From Thermodesulfobacteriota bacterium (lineage in GTDB: Bacteria; Desulfobacterota; Desulfobacteria; Desulfobacterales; SURF-7): 36,310 nt of DNA. This document shows positions 1 through 8,955 of this stretch, piece by piece. Position 1 is the first letter of the stretch; every line of letters begins with the position of its first letter. Location of the stretch: positions 1-36,310 of the forward strand of contig JBMORA010000068.1 in the NCBI GenBank assembly GCA_049320885.1. Direction: 5' to 3'. A program made the translations under genes and the position numbers. The notes under the pieces were generated by a model that was not told the origin of the DNA, made no database searches, and saw only the letters and a list, made by a program, of their open reading frames with translations.

Positions 1-710
1 TTGGTGACCACCAGATCGCCCTGATCGTTGGAACGGACATCCAGGCAGGCGATGATCCGCTTGGCCAACCGGGTCTGTCGGGGGGTCCGGGCCGGTCGCA
101 CGGGCCGGCAGTCCATGTCGATGAAATTTTTCAATATCCGCAGGCCCGCCTGCCCGCTTTTTTCCGGGTGAAATTGGGTGGCGATGATGTTGCCCTTCTG
201 GATGCTGCTGACGAACCGGCAGCCGTAATCCGTGGTGGTCAACACCACGCTTTCGTCCTCGGGCGCCACATGATAGGAATGGACGAAATACAATTTTTCT
301 TCCCCGTCGAGACCGTTGAAAATCCGGGATGGCTGCCGGACGGTGATTCCGTTCCAGCCGATATGGGGAACCGAGAGATCGACGGTAAACCGTCTGGTCA
401 TTCCGGGTATCAGGCCGAGGCCGGCCGTTCCGGGGGCTTCCTCGCTGCCGTCCAGCAAGGCCTGCAATCCCAAGCAGATGCCCAGAAAGGGTCGATCCGC
501 CAGAAGGTATTCCCGCAGCGGCTCCACGAATTGTCGCTGCCGGAGAATCCGCATCATGTTGCCAAAAGCACCTACGCCGGGGAAAATCAGTTTTTCAGCG
601 GCCGTGATGTCCGCTCCGGATCGGACGATGGCAACCGATTCTCCCGCCCGTTCAATGGCGTTGATGACGCTGCGGACATTACCGGCGCCGTAATCAAGTA
701 AAGTAATCAT
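1..710 (-). CDS. hisHF: Bifunctional imidazole glycerol phosphate synthase, HisH-HisF fusion (5' part; runs off the window)
   Basis: Manual translation of the minus strand from ATG at 710 (not in the ORF track): [15 protein letters not shown]...FPGVGAFG...GICLGLQ...FYFVHSY...TQFHPEKS (class I glutamine amidotransferase, HisH). It continues in frame into [23 protein letters not shown] (HisF N-terminus). Purine-rich RBS upstream. Confidence 0.95.
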   Translation of the reverse strand, partial: [236 protein letters not shown]

Positions 711-876
711 GTCGTCCCTTTCCTTTCAGCCGGGAAAGCGGCCCTTCCCGTCGTCTGCAACATCCGTTGCAGCCCATCTCAATATACCATAACGCCTCCG
801 GAAACAAGCAAATCATGCTCCCTCTTGGCATACCGCCATCCGGCAGGGAGGGGTTCGTTTTCCAAAGGCGCGGAAA

Positions 877-905
877 TTGACAATCGGCGACGGTTCTATT
901 AATCT
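877..905 (+). promoter_or_regulatory. Sigma70-type promoter for the HD-GYP cluster
   Basis: TTGACA (877-882), 17 bp spacer, TAATCT (900-905), about 55 bp upstream of the ATG at 960. Confidence 0.6.
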
Positions 906-959
906 GACGGAAATCGTATTCTCCATCGGTATTCTGGCCATATCGTGAGGGGACGGGGC

Positions 960-2225
960 ATGGAAACAGGCAGAATGAAAGTGAGTCTGGTCGATCTGGT
1001 GACATCCATCGCCAGGGTGGTGGATATCATGAGTCCGGCGGTGGGCGGACACCATCTGCAGGTCGCGTATCTGGCTTATCGCATCGGTGAGGCCCTCGGC
1101 CTGTCGGTCGGCGAGCGCAACGAATTGCTGGTCGCCGGCCTGCTGCATGATATCGGGGCCTTTTCACTTCATAATCGTCTGGATATCATGGCTTTCGAAG
1201 ATCTCAATCCCGGCCGGCACGCCCGGGCCGGTTATTATCTGTTGCGGGAGTTCAAACCCTTCTCCTCCGCCGCGCGGCTGGTCAAATATCACCACGTGCC
1301 ATGGGAAAACGGCCGCGGCTCCTATCGGGACGGGGAGACCATCCCCCAGGGAAGCCACATCCTCCACCTCGCCGACCGGGTTGCGGTGAAAATAACGAAA
1401 GACCGCCCGGTGCTGGCCCAGGTGAACGAGATCCGCGAAGCCATCCAGGCCTGCGGGACCGCGGTTTTCGTTCCCGAACATGTCCGCGCGCTGATGGAGC
1501 TGACCGGGCGCGACTATATCTGGCTGGAGGTTGCCTCGGATTTCATCGAGAGCATTCTGCGGCAGGTGTTTTTCCACCGGGAACAGGAACTGTCGTTCTC
1601 CGATTTGCTGGATTTCTCGCGACTGGTCTGCCGGCTGATCGATTTCAAAAGTGAGTTCACGGCCACGCATTCCAGCGGAGTGGCCGCAACGGCCGTTGCC
1701 CTGGCCAAACTGGCCGGATTTTCCGGACAGGAGCGGCGCATGGTGGAAATCGCCGCTTACCTGCATGATCTGGGAAAACTGTCGATTCCATCCGAGATCA
1801 TCGAAAAAAAGGACAAGCTCAGCGAGCAGGAATGGTTTGTCATGCGTTCCCATGTGTACTATACCTATCAGGCCCTGGCGCCCTTCGAGATGCTGAGTGT
1901 GGTAAATGCCTGGGGAGCCCTGCACCAGGAACGCCTGAACGGCACCGGCTATCCCTTCGGTTATACAGAGGATGCATTGCCTCTCGGCGCGAGATTGATC
2001 GCAGTGGCCGATGTGTTCACCGCTTTGACGGAGGATCGCCCGTATCGCAAGGGACTGGGGCGGGCGGATGCGGCGAATCTGCTTCACCTGATGGCCGACA
2101 ACGGTGAACTGGACCAGCGACTGGTGGATATGGTCGCCGGTCATTTTGAGGATATGAACCGGATTCGACAGGCAGCCCAGCGCCGGGCGCTGGATGATTA
2201 CAACTTGTTTGCATCCCGCATGTGA
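960..2225 (+). CDS. Tandem HD / HD-GYP domain protein, probable cyclic di-GMP phosphodiesterase
   Basis: Degenerate N-terminal HD domain (LLHDIG...YHHVPW...LADRV). Intact C-terminal HD-GYP domain (THSSGV, LHDLGK, HQERLNGTGYP, VADVFTALTEDRPYR). Start could be 960 or 975. Confidence 0.9.
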   Translation: METGRMKVSLVDLVTSIARVVDIMSPAVGGHHLQVAYLAYRIGEALGLSVGERNELLVAGLLHDIGAFSLHNRLDIMAFEDLNPGRHARAGYYLLREFKPFSSAARLVKYHHVPWENGRGSYRDGETIPQGSHILHLADRVAVKITKDRPVLAQVNEIREAIQACGTAVFVPEHVRALMELTGRDYIWLEVASDFIESILRQVFFHREQELSFSDLLDFSRLVCRLIDFKSEFTATHSSGVAATAVALAKLAGFSGQERRMVEIAAYLHDLGKLSIPSEIIEKKDKLSEQEWFVMRSHVYYTYQALAPFEMLSVVNAWGALHQERLNGTGYPFGYTEDALPLGARLIAVADVFTALTEDRPYRKGLGRADAANLLHLMADNGELDQRLVDMVAGHFEDMNRIRQAAQRRALDDYNLFASRM

Positions 2226-2285
2226 CGGGAGCAGGCGGCCGGGCAACCGGAAAAAAACAAACCCATCAAAGCGGAAGGAAGACCG

Positions 2286-2645
2286 ATGACGAATCATATC
2301 GTGATTGTATTGTCGTGCGGAACCGACAACCCCAACCGATCGACCCGCGGGTTGTTTCTAGCCATGGCAGCCCATAAGGAAGGCAAGCAGGCGACCCTGT
2401 TTCTGCTGGATGAGGGCGTGTATCTGGCGAGGAAGGGGATCATCGACCATCTGAGGGCGGCTACGGGGGATATTGCCGATGACCATTTGAGTTACCTGCA
2501 GGCCAACGGAGTGCCGATTCTGGTATGCACGCCCTGCGCCGCGGCGCGCCGGATCGGCGAAGCCGATCTGGTGGAGGGGGCGCGCATGGCCACGGCCGCT
2601 GAACTGATCCGGCTGTCCTGTGAAGCGTCGGTGATCAGCCTGTAG
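2286..2645 (+). CDS. DsrE/DsrF-like (TusD-family) sulfur relay / redox protein
   Basis: 119 aa. TLFLLDEGVYLARKG and ILVCTPCAAAR are typical of DsrE-family proteins, with the conserved Cys in a CxxC. GGAAGG RBS. Confidence 0.8.
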   Translation: MTNHIVIVLSCGTDNPNRSTRGLFLAMAAHKEGKQATLFLLDEGVYLARKGIIDHLRAATGDIADDHLSYLQANGVPILVCTPCAAARRIGEADLVEGARMATAAELIRLSCEASVISL

Positions 2646-2671
2646 GGAATCAAAAGAAGCGGAGAAACGAA

Positions 2672-3922
2672 ATGAAAGATGCCAGGGACCAAGCACCTGA
2701 CATGGTGATTGTTGGCGCCGGTCCGGCGGGGCTTGCCGCCGGAATCGCCGCCGCCGGAAAAGGGATGAAAGCGTTGGTTCTGGAAAAGGGCGCCATGGCC
2801 GGACCCCTGCCCCGGGGGGAAGGGGTAAACCGGCATCCGCTGCTCGATGAATATTTGGGGGCCGACTTCTGGGAGAATCAATGCCACCGCATGGACGGCA
2901 GTCTCGAATTTCACAGCCCGGGCGATGCAAAACAAACCTTCCTCAGGGGCAAGCGGGAGATCTATTTCTTCGAATGGCGCCGGTTCATGGAAAGACTCGT
3001 CCGGACCGCGGAATCAAGCGGGGTTTCCATCCGATACAATTCCCGGGTGATCGGTCCGCTGGTCAACAACGAACGGATTTGCACCGGTGTGCGGTATCGA
3101 GAGGAAAGCGGGGCGGTCCGGGAGGTGCATGGAAAAGCCGTGTTGGCTTGCGACGGTCATAAAAGCGTCATGGGGAAACACTACGGGGTGGACTATGAAC
3201 GGCTCAATTGCGCCATGGTCAAATGCATTGCGGGAAATGCCAATATCGATGCGGCCGCCAATCCGGCCCTGCGGTTTTTCCTCATCGGCAACGGCGATCT
3301 CTCCTATGCCCCCAATTTCCCGCCATCCGTGGCGTACGGGTTCCCCATCGGCGGCAAGCGGATGGAGCTGGGTCTCATGTGCCGGATGGGACAGGCCGCT
3401 CGAATGGGCGCCACCGTGAGGGCGCCGGCCAATAAGACGGTTCTGCAGGTATGGAAACGGCTGAAGGAGGAATATCCGGGATTCAGCTCCTTTTTCAAGG
3501 GGGCGGACATCGAATATGAAACGGTAACCGCTCTCAGCAACGCCCGGATGGTTCCCGAGCTGATCCCCATGCCCGGACTCGTGCTCATCGGGGACAGCGC
3601 CGGCTTCATCGATCCTTTCGGATCGTCCGGTATTTACTCCGGGATGTCCATGGCGGTTTTTTGGGCCACCATGCTGGCGGCTGAAATCCAGAAACAGGCG
3701 GAGGGGCGCCAGGGGCCGCACCGGCCGGAGGAAATGTGGCGGCCGGGCAAGATCCGAAAATATCATAAGGCGTTCAGAAAAACGCGGATTTTCCGTAAAA
3801 TCCACCGGTCCTATTTCCTGATGGGCCAATTCGAGTGGTATGTGTTCCGGCATCTGCGCACGCAGCGGCGCATCAATAACCGCTGGCCATTGATTTCCTG
3901 GTTGTTGCGCCGGGCGGGTTGA
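2672..3922 (+). CDS. NAD(P)/FAD-dependent oxidoreductase, geranylgeranyl-reductase-like
   Basis: N-terminal VIVGAGPAG...VLEK Rossmann motif, LACDG, and IGDSAGFIDPFGSSGIYSG second FAD motif. Confidence 0.85.
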   Translation: MKDARDQAPDMVIVGAGPAGLAAGIAAAGKGMKALVLEKGAMAGPLPRGEGVNRHPLLDEYLGADFWENQCHRMDGSLEFHSPGDAKQTFLRGKREIYFFEWRRFMERLVRTAESSGVSIRYNSRVIGPLVNNERICTGVRYREESGAVREVHGKAVLACDGHKSVMGKHYGVDYERLNCAMVKCIAGNANIDAAANPALRFFLIGNGDLSYAPNFPPSVAYGFPIGGKRMELGLMCRMGQAARMGATVRAPANKTVLQVWKRLKEEYPGFSSFFKGADIEYETVTALSNARMVPELIPMPGLVLIGDSAGFIDPFGSSGIYSGMSMAVFWATMLAAEIQKQAEGRQGPHRPEEMWRPGKIRKYHKAFRKTRIFRKIHRSYFLMGQFEWYVFRHLRTQRRINNRWPLISWLLRRAG

Positions 3923-3928
3923 GCGGGA

Positions 3929-3979
3929 GGAGCGGCTGCCCGCCGACCGTTTGGCATGTATCCCGGCCGGAGCCGCTCC
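3929..3979. terminator. Inverted repeat between convergent genes, possible terminator hairpin
   Basis: GGAGCGGCT (3929-3937) ... AGCCGCTCC (3971-3979). Large loop and no clear U-tract. Confidence 0.3.
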
Positions 3980-4009
3980 GCGGCTCCCGGAAGAACCGGC
4001 GGGAAAAGT

Positions 4010-5344
4010 CTATTCGAGGGATTGGAGATAGGTCCGGAGATTGACCTTTTTGTTGTTGAGACGGAGCTTTCTGCGGATATTGTCTCGATGGAAATCCACC
4101 GTGCTGACGGCCACATTCATGAGGAAGGCGATTTCTTTCGAGGTTTTTCCCTGTTTGATGAAATTGAGCACCTGGATCTCGTTGGGGGTTAGTTCCAGGA
4201 ATTTTTCCGGGATGCCTTTCAAGAACGGCTTGACGATATCGTTGACGTTCCGGGCCACGATATCGACATAATCTTTCTGTTTGTCCGTCAGCCCGCTGTT
4301 GGCCAGTTTTTCCAGCACGGGCTGGATCAGCTCCGTAACATTGAAGCGCATTTTCTCTTCCAGCCGGTGGCGGGTTTCATCCTTTTTTTCCAGGAGCACC
4401 TGGAGGGCGATATTGGCTTTCTCGAGGGCTTGATTGGCCTCCGTCAGCTCCCTGGTTTTTATTTTCAGCAGCGCGTCCATGGTCGCCTCGGCCTTCTTCA
4501 GATCCGTGACGTCCCGGGCTATGCCGCAAAATCCGGAGGGTTTCCCGTCCCCGTCTTTCAGCAGGAGGGCCGACATTTCGATCTGTTTTTCAACACCGGT
4601 CTGATCGACGATGGCGCACTGGAAACGCTTGATGGGTTCCTGGGTTTGATAGACCCGGTGAAAAGTGTCATAGATGATCCGCTGGTTTTCCGCATCCAGA
4701 AACTGTTTGTAATTCATGCCGATGAGGTCGGCGCGGCGAATCCCGGCGATGTTGCAGGCTTCGTCGTTGCAGAACCGGATCGTACCTTCGAGATCGAACT
4801 CGGCGTACCCTTCCTGGATATTGGCCAGAATGCTGCGGTATTTTTCCTCGTTGCGTTGAAGCCGCAGCTCGGCTTCCTTGCGCTTGGTGCAGTCGCGGGC
4901 CACCCCGACGATGCCGATGGTTTCCCCGTCATCGTTCCGGAAGAAACAGGCCGAGGCTTCCAGCCAGATGATCCGGCCGTCTTTATGGTACACCTCGAAA
5001 TCCAATGTCCGGGGCTCGGATTCATGTCGCTGCTCTTTCTCGTATTCCTGTAAAAAAGCGTTTTGGATGCTCGTGAGGGCGGCGGGTGTCAGAAAGCAGT
5101 CCAGCCGGGCGCCGGTGGCTTCGTCCAGGCTGTATCCGGCCACGCGCTCAACGGAGGGGCTCACGTATTCGAACCGGAACGTAACGAGATCCAGAACCCA
5201 GATGATGTCGGTGAGCCTGTCAGCCAGCAGACGGTATTTTTTATCGTTTTCCAGCAGGAGTTTTTTGGCGGTTTTCTCCAGGACGGCCGGCGGCGATGTC
5301 GGGCTTGGTGAAGCGGCTGATCCCACAATTGTATCCTTTATCAT
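4010..5344 (-). CDS. PAS-PAS-LuxR(HTH) transcriptional regulator
   Basis: Two PAS/PAC blocks ([13 protein letters not shown]...[10 protein letters not shown]...[18 protein letters not shown]...GIARDVT), a coiled coil, and a C-terminal LuxR HTH ([22 protein letters not shown]...[14 protein letters not shown]). Start set at 5344 because a consensus promoter lies inside the longer ORF-track call. Confidence 0.9.
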   Translation of the reverse strand: MIKDTIVGSAASPSPTSPPAVLEKTAKKLLLENDKKYRLLADRLTDIIWVLDLVTFRFEYVSPSVERVAGYSLDEATGARLDCFLTPAALTSIQNAFLQEYEKEQRHESEPRTLDFEVYHKDGRIIWLEASACFFRNDDGETIGIVGVARDCTKRKEAELRLQRNEEKYRSILANIQEGYAEFDLEGTIRFCNDEACNIAGIRRADLIGMNYKQFLDAENQRIIYDTFHRVYQTQEPIKRFQCAIVDQTGVEKQIEMSALLLKDGDGKPSGFCGIARDVTDLKKAEATMDALLKIKTRELTEANQALEKANIALQVLLEKKDETRHRLEEKMRFNVTELIQPVLEKLANSGLTDKQKDYVDIVARNVNDIVKPFLKGIPEKFLELTPNEIQVLNFIKQGKTSKEIAFLMNVAVSTVDFHRDNIRRKLRLNNKKVNLRTYLQSLE

Positions 5345-5387
5345 ACAGTTGTTGCGGAAATCCAACGGAAAATTTCCATCGGTCTGC

Positions 5388-5416
5388 ATCATAGCGCTAA
5401 AATTGGAATCTGTCAA
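5388..5416 (-). promoter_or_regulatory. Sigma70 promoter of the LuxR regulator gene
   Basis: Minus strand TTGACA (5416-5411), 17 bp spacer, TATGAT (5393-5388); near-consensus. Confidence 0.7.
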
Positions 5417-5456
5417 TGTCTTGTAAAATTGAGTCGTTGTATTTGAATTACCGTGC

Positions 5457-5485
5457 AATATGGGTAGGATGCCCATATTACCCCC
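5457..5485. promoter_or_regulatory. Palindromic candidate operator in the divergent intergenic region
   Basis: AATATGGG-TAGGATG-CCCATATT (perfect 8-bp arms, 5457-5479), followed by TACCCCC. Confidence 0.4.
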
Positions 5486-5725
5486 TGGATTTTTCCATGT
5501 TGCCTTTTTGGCGGTTCTAGACGAAAGTACTGTCTAAAGAACGACGTTTACTCAAAAAAACGTATATTTTATAACAACGCCGACGGAAACAGCCCGGCAA
5601 TTTTTCCCACCCTCGGATTTTTCTTGAAACGGTTATGGGCAGGCAACTGCCCGCGAGGGGTTCACCAGCAAAAAGCAAGCGGCCCTGGGTCATATATCAA
5701 CACACTTTTGCAGGAGGAGGTCTTT

Positions 5726-6412
5726 ATGAAGTTTGTAAAATTATTTCTGGCGATCGGCATGGCGGCGGGATTGATCCTGCCCATGACAGGCTGCAGTTTT
5801 GATTTCAACAATCCCACAGCCAGCGAGTATGATGTTCAGATTGTCGGCGATTCGGTCTTTGATTTATCCGGCGATATCCAGAAAACACTGAAAACCTTGT
5901 CCGGCAAGATGTACAAGGACAGATCCGTCAGCGGCGCCAAGATCGCGGCCATCCAGAGTCAGTTGAACACCGCCCTCGGCCGCGCCAGCTTGAAAACGGT
6001 CATTGCCGACGGCGGCGCCAATGACATCCTCCAGGGTTCCATGGATTGCGATTCGGATCCCCTGACCCAGGGCTGCGTGGATGTCATTGATTATATTGCC
6101 GACAAAATGGATGCCATGCTGTACAGCATGTATGTGGGGCCGCCCAATCACTGCGTGTGGCTCGGCTATTACCATGTCAAAGGCAGCGAGCTGGAAAAGA
6201 ACGAAGCCATCGACTTCTGCTATACGGATATCTATCCGGGCGTATTCAGCCCCTATCCCACCTCGGCTTTCCTGGTGGATCCCCGGGCGGCATTCGCCGG
6301 TCATGAAGCCACGTATATCAAGTCCGATGACATCCATCCCACCCTCGCCGGTTCCCAGGTGTTGGCGAACATGATCTGGAACACGATGGTCACGCAAAAC
6401 ACCTACCGGTAA
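5726..6412 (+). CDS. SGNH/GDSL-family hydrolase, lipoprotein
   Basis: Strong AGGAGGAGG RBS. Signal peptide ending MTG-C (lipobox-like). SGNH blocks VGDS, VSGA, GGANDI, DDIHP. Confidence 0.88.
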   Translation: MKFVKLFLAIGMAAGLILPMTGCSFDFNNPTASEYDVQIVGDSVFDLSGDIQKTLKTLSGKMYKDRSVSGAKIAAIQSQLNTALGRASLKTVIADGGANDILQGSMDCDSDPLTQGCVDVIDYIADKMDAMLYSMYVGPPNHCVWLGYYHVKGSELEKNEAIDFCYTDIYPGVFSPYPTSAFLVDPRAAFAGHEATYIKSDDIHPTLAGSQVLANMIWNTMVTQNTYR

Positions 6413-6445
6413 CGGAGATTTCATCCCGTTTGCGTCTTATCCGGA

Positions 6446-6473
6446 CGGCGGTTTGTGTTTCCACAGACCGCCG
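6446..6473 (+). terminator. GC-rich hairpin after the SGNH gene (terminator or mRNA stabiliser)
   Basis: CGGCGGTTTGTG-TTTC-CACAGACCGCCG: 12-bp stem with one G:U pair; no U-tract. Confidence 0.45.
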
Positions 6474-6576
6474 GGCCGGCGGCAAGGCGCGAAAGGATCA
6501 CGCTTGGGTCCGGAGCCGCTTGCTTTCTTACGATGGAAAAGAGGTTGTTGAATACCGGCAAGATTGTTTACGAAAG

Positions 6577-7287
6577 ATGAAAAAGAAGATCATTATCACT
6601 GGATTTTTCCTGACGTTTATGGCCGCGGGTGCCTATCTCGCCTTTTTCCCCGAAAGGGGGCCCATACCGGAACAACTCCCGCCCGTGACGGCGCAACCGC
6701 CGTCCGGGCAGGATGCGGAAAACCGGGGCCATTCTTCCGGCTTGAGCCGGTCGCTGGAAACGGATAACGGCCGGCCGGTCCCGAAGCCGGCTTCGTCCGT
6801 GGCAGCCGGGACAGACAACCCCCGGGAGGAGCCGACCGGGCCGCAAGTCAAGGAGTTCCCAACGGATATCGAGGAAATCAAAAGACAGATTTACGACCTG
6901 GACATCGAACACGTGGAGGATATCGTGCTGCTGGAAGAGGTGGTGCAGACCGGCAATGCGGATACCCAGCCGCTTTGGGGCGGGGACTGGGTCAGCGTGG
7001 ACGACTTCAAGAGCCAGAACAACGGCTTCAACCTGGAACCCCAGGGGGATGGGACCTTTGTTTTCTATCCGGACGAGGAGACCGCCAGGACCTATACCTT
7101 TTTTGAGTCTCCCAAGACATACTCCTATGATCCGGAGCGGCGGGAATTCTTCTGGGAGGAGGATTACTACGGCAAGACCATCGCCCACAGGGCCAGATTC
7201 ATCAACGAAAACGTGCTGGCCATGATGCTGATCAGCGGTAACAAGGTGACCCTGGATATTTACCAGAAGGACATGGGGCAGCACTAG
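6577..7287 (+). CDS. Hypothetical N-terminally membrane-anchored protein
   Basis: MKKKIIITGFFLTFMAAGAYLAFF signal anchor, Pro-rich linker, then an acidic/aromatic beta-rich C-terminal domain. Co-oriented with the SGNH gene. Confidence 0.7.
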   Translation: MKKKIIITGFFLTFMAAGAYLAFFPERGPIPEQLPPVTAQPPSGQDAENRGHSSGLSRSLETDNGRPVPKPASSVAAGTDNPREEPTGPQVKEFPTDIEEIKRQIYDLDIEHVEDIVLLEEVVQTGNADTQPLWGGDWVSVDDFKSQNNGFNLEPQGDGTFVFYPDEETARTYTFFESPKTYSYDPERREFFWEEDYYGKTIAHRARFINENVLAMMLISGNKVTLDIYQKDMGQH

Positions 7288-7292
7288 CGGGA

Positions 7293-8081
7293 TCAACAGC
7301 CGCTGATTTTCCCCTGAACCCGGATGATGAATTCCGGCCTGGCCGGATTGTCCGTCTGGATGTAAAGCGTATCCCGGATGGGACCGCCTGTCTTCCGGAT
7401 ACTCCTGGCCGTTATGCGGTATCCCTTCCGCCCCTCTGTTTCGACCTCCGCATAGGCATAGGCGATATCGAGGCCTTTCTTGGCCTTGATCCCGGTGATG
7501 GTGAAGGGGTACTCCGGCGCGGGAATCACAACGGAATCGCCCGCCACATCCTGGCTGCAGGAGCCGTCCAGCATGATTTTATGAACGGATATATCGGCGA
7601 ATTTTTTGACCGGGCAGGAAATATGGATGGTCAGATCCGGATGGGTTTTATGGTTGGTGACGGCGTGGACGACGCCTTTGATTTCCGTGCCGCCCCGGCG
7701 ATCGGTTAACAGAACGATGGAAATGACTCCTTCCTGGCCGGGCGGAATCTGTCGGCTGTAGTTCTCCACCAGGCTGCCGCAGCAACTTTCCACCTTCCGC
7801 AGCTCCAGCGGTTCAGCGGTGGTATTCTTGATCACAAAGTCATGTCTTACCAGATCGAATTGCAGGGCCGGCGGGAAGTCATACGCGCTTTCATGCCCCT
7901 CTACGACGGATTTGGAATACACCGGTTGAACCGGCATCCCGAAGTAGAAGGACATTTTTTCTCCCGGCGCGGGCGTCGTCGGTGCTTCCTTTTCCTTACA
8001 GGCCCAGGCGGTAATCATCACTCCCGCCGTCACAACCGCCAGCGTCACGCCATATCTCTTCCATTTCATGGTCCGGATCAT
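7293..8081 (-). CDS. DUF1573-domain (Ig-like) lipoprotein
   Basis: Signal peptide with AWA-C lipobox. HDFVIKNTTAEPLELRKVESCCGS...IPPGQEGVISI fits the DUF1573 pattern. Start could be 8081 or 8069. Confidence 0.75.
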   Translation of the reverse strand: MIRTMKWKRYGVTLAVVTAGVMITAWACKEKEAPTTPAPGEKMSFYFGMPVQPVYSKSVVEGHESAYDFPPALQFDLVRHDFVIKNTTAEPLELRKVESCCGSLVENYSRQIPPGQEGVISIVLLTDRRGGTEIKGVVHAVTNHKTHPDLTIHISCPVKKFADISVHKIMLDGSCSQDVAGDSVVIPAPEYPFTITGIKAKKGLDIAYAYAEVETEGRKGYRITARSIRKTGGPIRDTLYIQTDNPARPEFIIRVQGKISGC

Positions 8082-8212
8082 CCTCGGGGTTTCCCTTGTT
8101 TTCGGTTACGGCAGAAGCCGCTGTTATTTCCAGATTACCGTATGGTGTTTCTGAATAAATCAGTGGTAAGCCGGGTGTCAAGCGAATTTCACGGGATTCT
8201 TTCAGGTCCTGT

Positions 8213-8241
8213 TTGACAGGGACCGCCCCGGCATGTAGTAT
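8213..8241 (+). promoter_or_regulatory. Sigma70 promoter of the yceH-like gene
   Basis: TTGACA (8213-8218), 17 bp spacer, TAGTAT (8236-8241). A second TTGACA on the minus strand (8181-8176) may serve the divergent gene. Confidence 0.7.
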
Positions 8242-8286
8242 CGTCCCATTCCTTCGGGCAACTCAATCAGCGGGAGGTTTACCACC

Positions 8287-8955
8287 ATGTTTCCCTTCGT
8301 GCTCAGCGCGGTGGACGCGCGGGTTTTGGGAGTGCTGATCGAAAAGCAGATCACCACCCCGGATTATTATCCCCTGACCCTGAACGGGCTTGTCACCGCG
8401 TGCAATCAAAAAACCAATCGTGATCCGGTCATGGAGCTGGACGAAGAAACGGTGCTGCAGTCGCTGGACGGGCTGAAGGCGCATCACCTGGTATGGCAGA
8501 TCAAGACAGCCGGCAGCCGGACCCAGAAATACGAACACAACCTGAAGGATGTCGCGGATTTACAAGTCAGTGAACTCGCTGTTTTATGTGAATTGCTGCT
8601 CCGGGGGCCACAGACCGCCGGCGAGCTCCGTTCCCGAACCGCCCGCTTGACGGAATTCCACGGTTTGGCGGCGGTGGAGCACACCCTGAAGAAATTGATG
8701 GAACACGAAAAAGGGCCTTTCGCGGCGCGGTTGCCCCGTCAGCCCGGACACAAGGAATGCCGGTATGTCCAGTTGTTGTCCGGTTCGGAAGAATACCCGG
8801 AGGACGCGGCGTCGGATCCTGGAATCGCGGCAGAGGATTTCAGCGGATTGGAGCGGGACCGGATCGCTGATCTCGAAAGGCGGGTGGCCGTCCTGTCCGA
8901 TGAACTGGACCGGTTGAAGTCGCAGTTCGGAGAGTTCAAACGGCAGTTTGAATAG
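8287..8955 (+). CDS. yceH: YceH family protein (UPF0502 / DUF480)
   Basis: ARVLGVLIEKQITTPDYYPLTLNGLVTACNQKTNRDPVMEL and LLLRGPQTAGELRSR signatures; GGAGG RBS. Confidence 0.92.
   Translation: MFPFVLSAVDARVLGVLIEKQITTPDYYPLTLNGLVTACNQKTNRDPVMELDEETVLQSLDGLKAHHLVWQIKTAGSRTQKYEHNLKDVADLQVSELAVLCELLLRGPQTAGELRSRTARLTEFHGLAAVEHTLKKLMEHEKGPFAARLPRQPGHKECRYVQLLSGSEEYPEDAASDPGIAAEDFSGLERDRIADLERRVAVLSDELDRLKSQFGEFKRQFE

Noticed and set aside
168..701. Plus-strand ORFs 168-701 and 316-693
   Set aside because: Antisense shadows of the minus-strand hisHF gene, which has clear catalytic motifs.
5345..5476. N-terminal 44-aa extension of the LuxR regulator in the ORF track
   Set aside because: This stretch contains a near-consensus promoter for the same gene, so it is more likely non-coding.
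7765..7795. Selenocysteine in the DUF1573 Cys motif
   Set aside because: Codons read AGT TGC TGC GGC AGC (SCCGS); there is no in-frame TGA.
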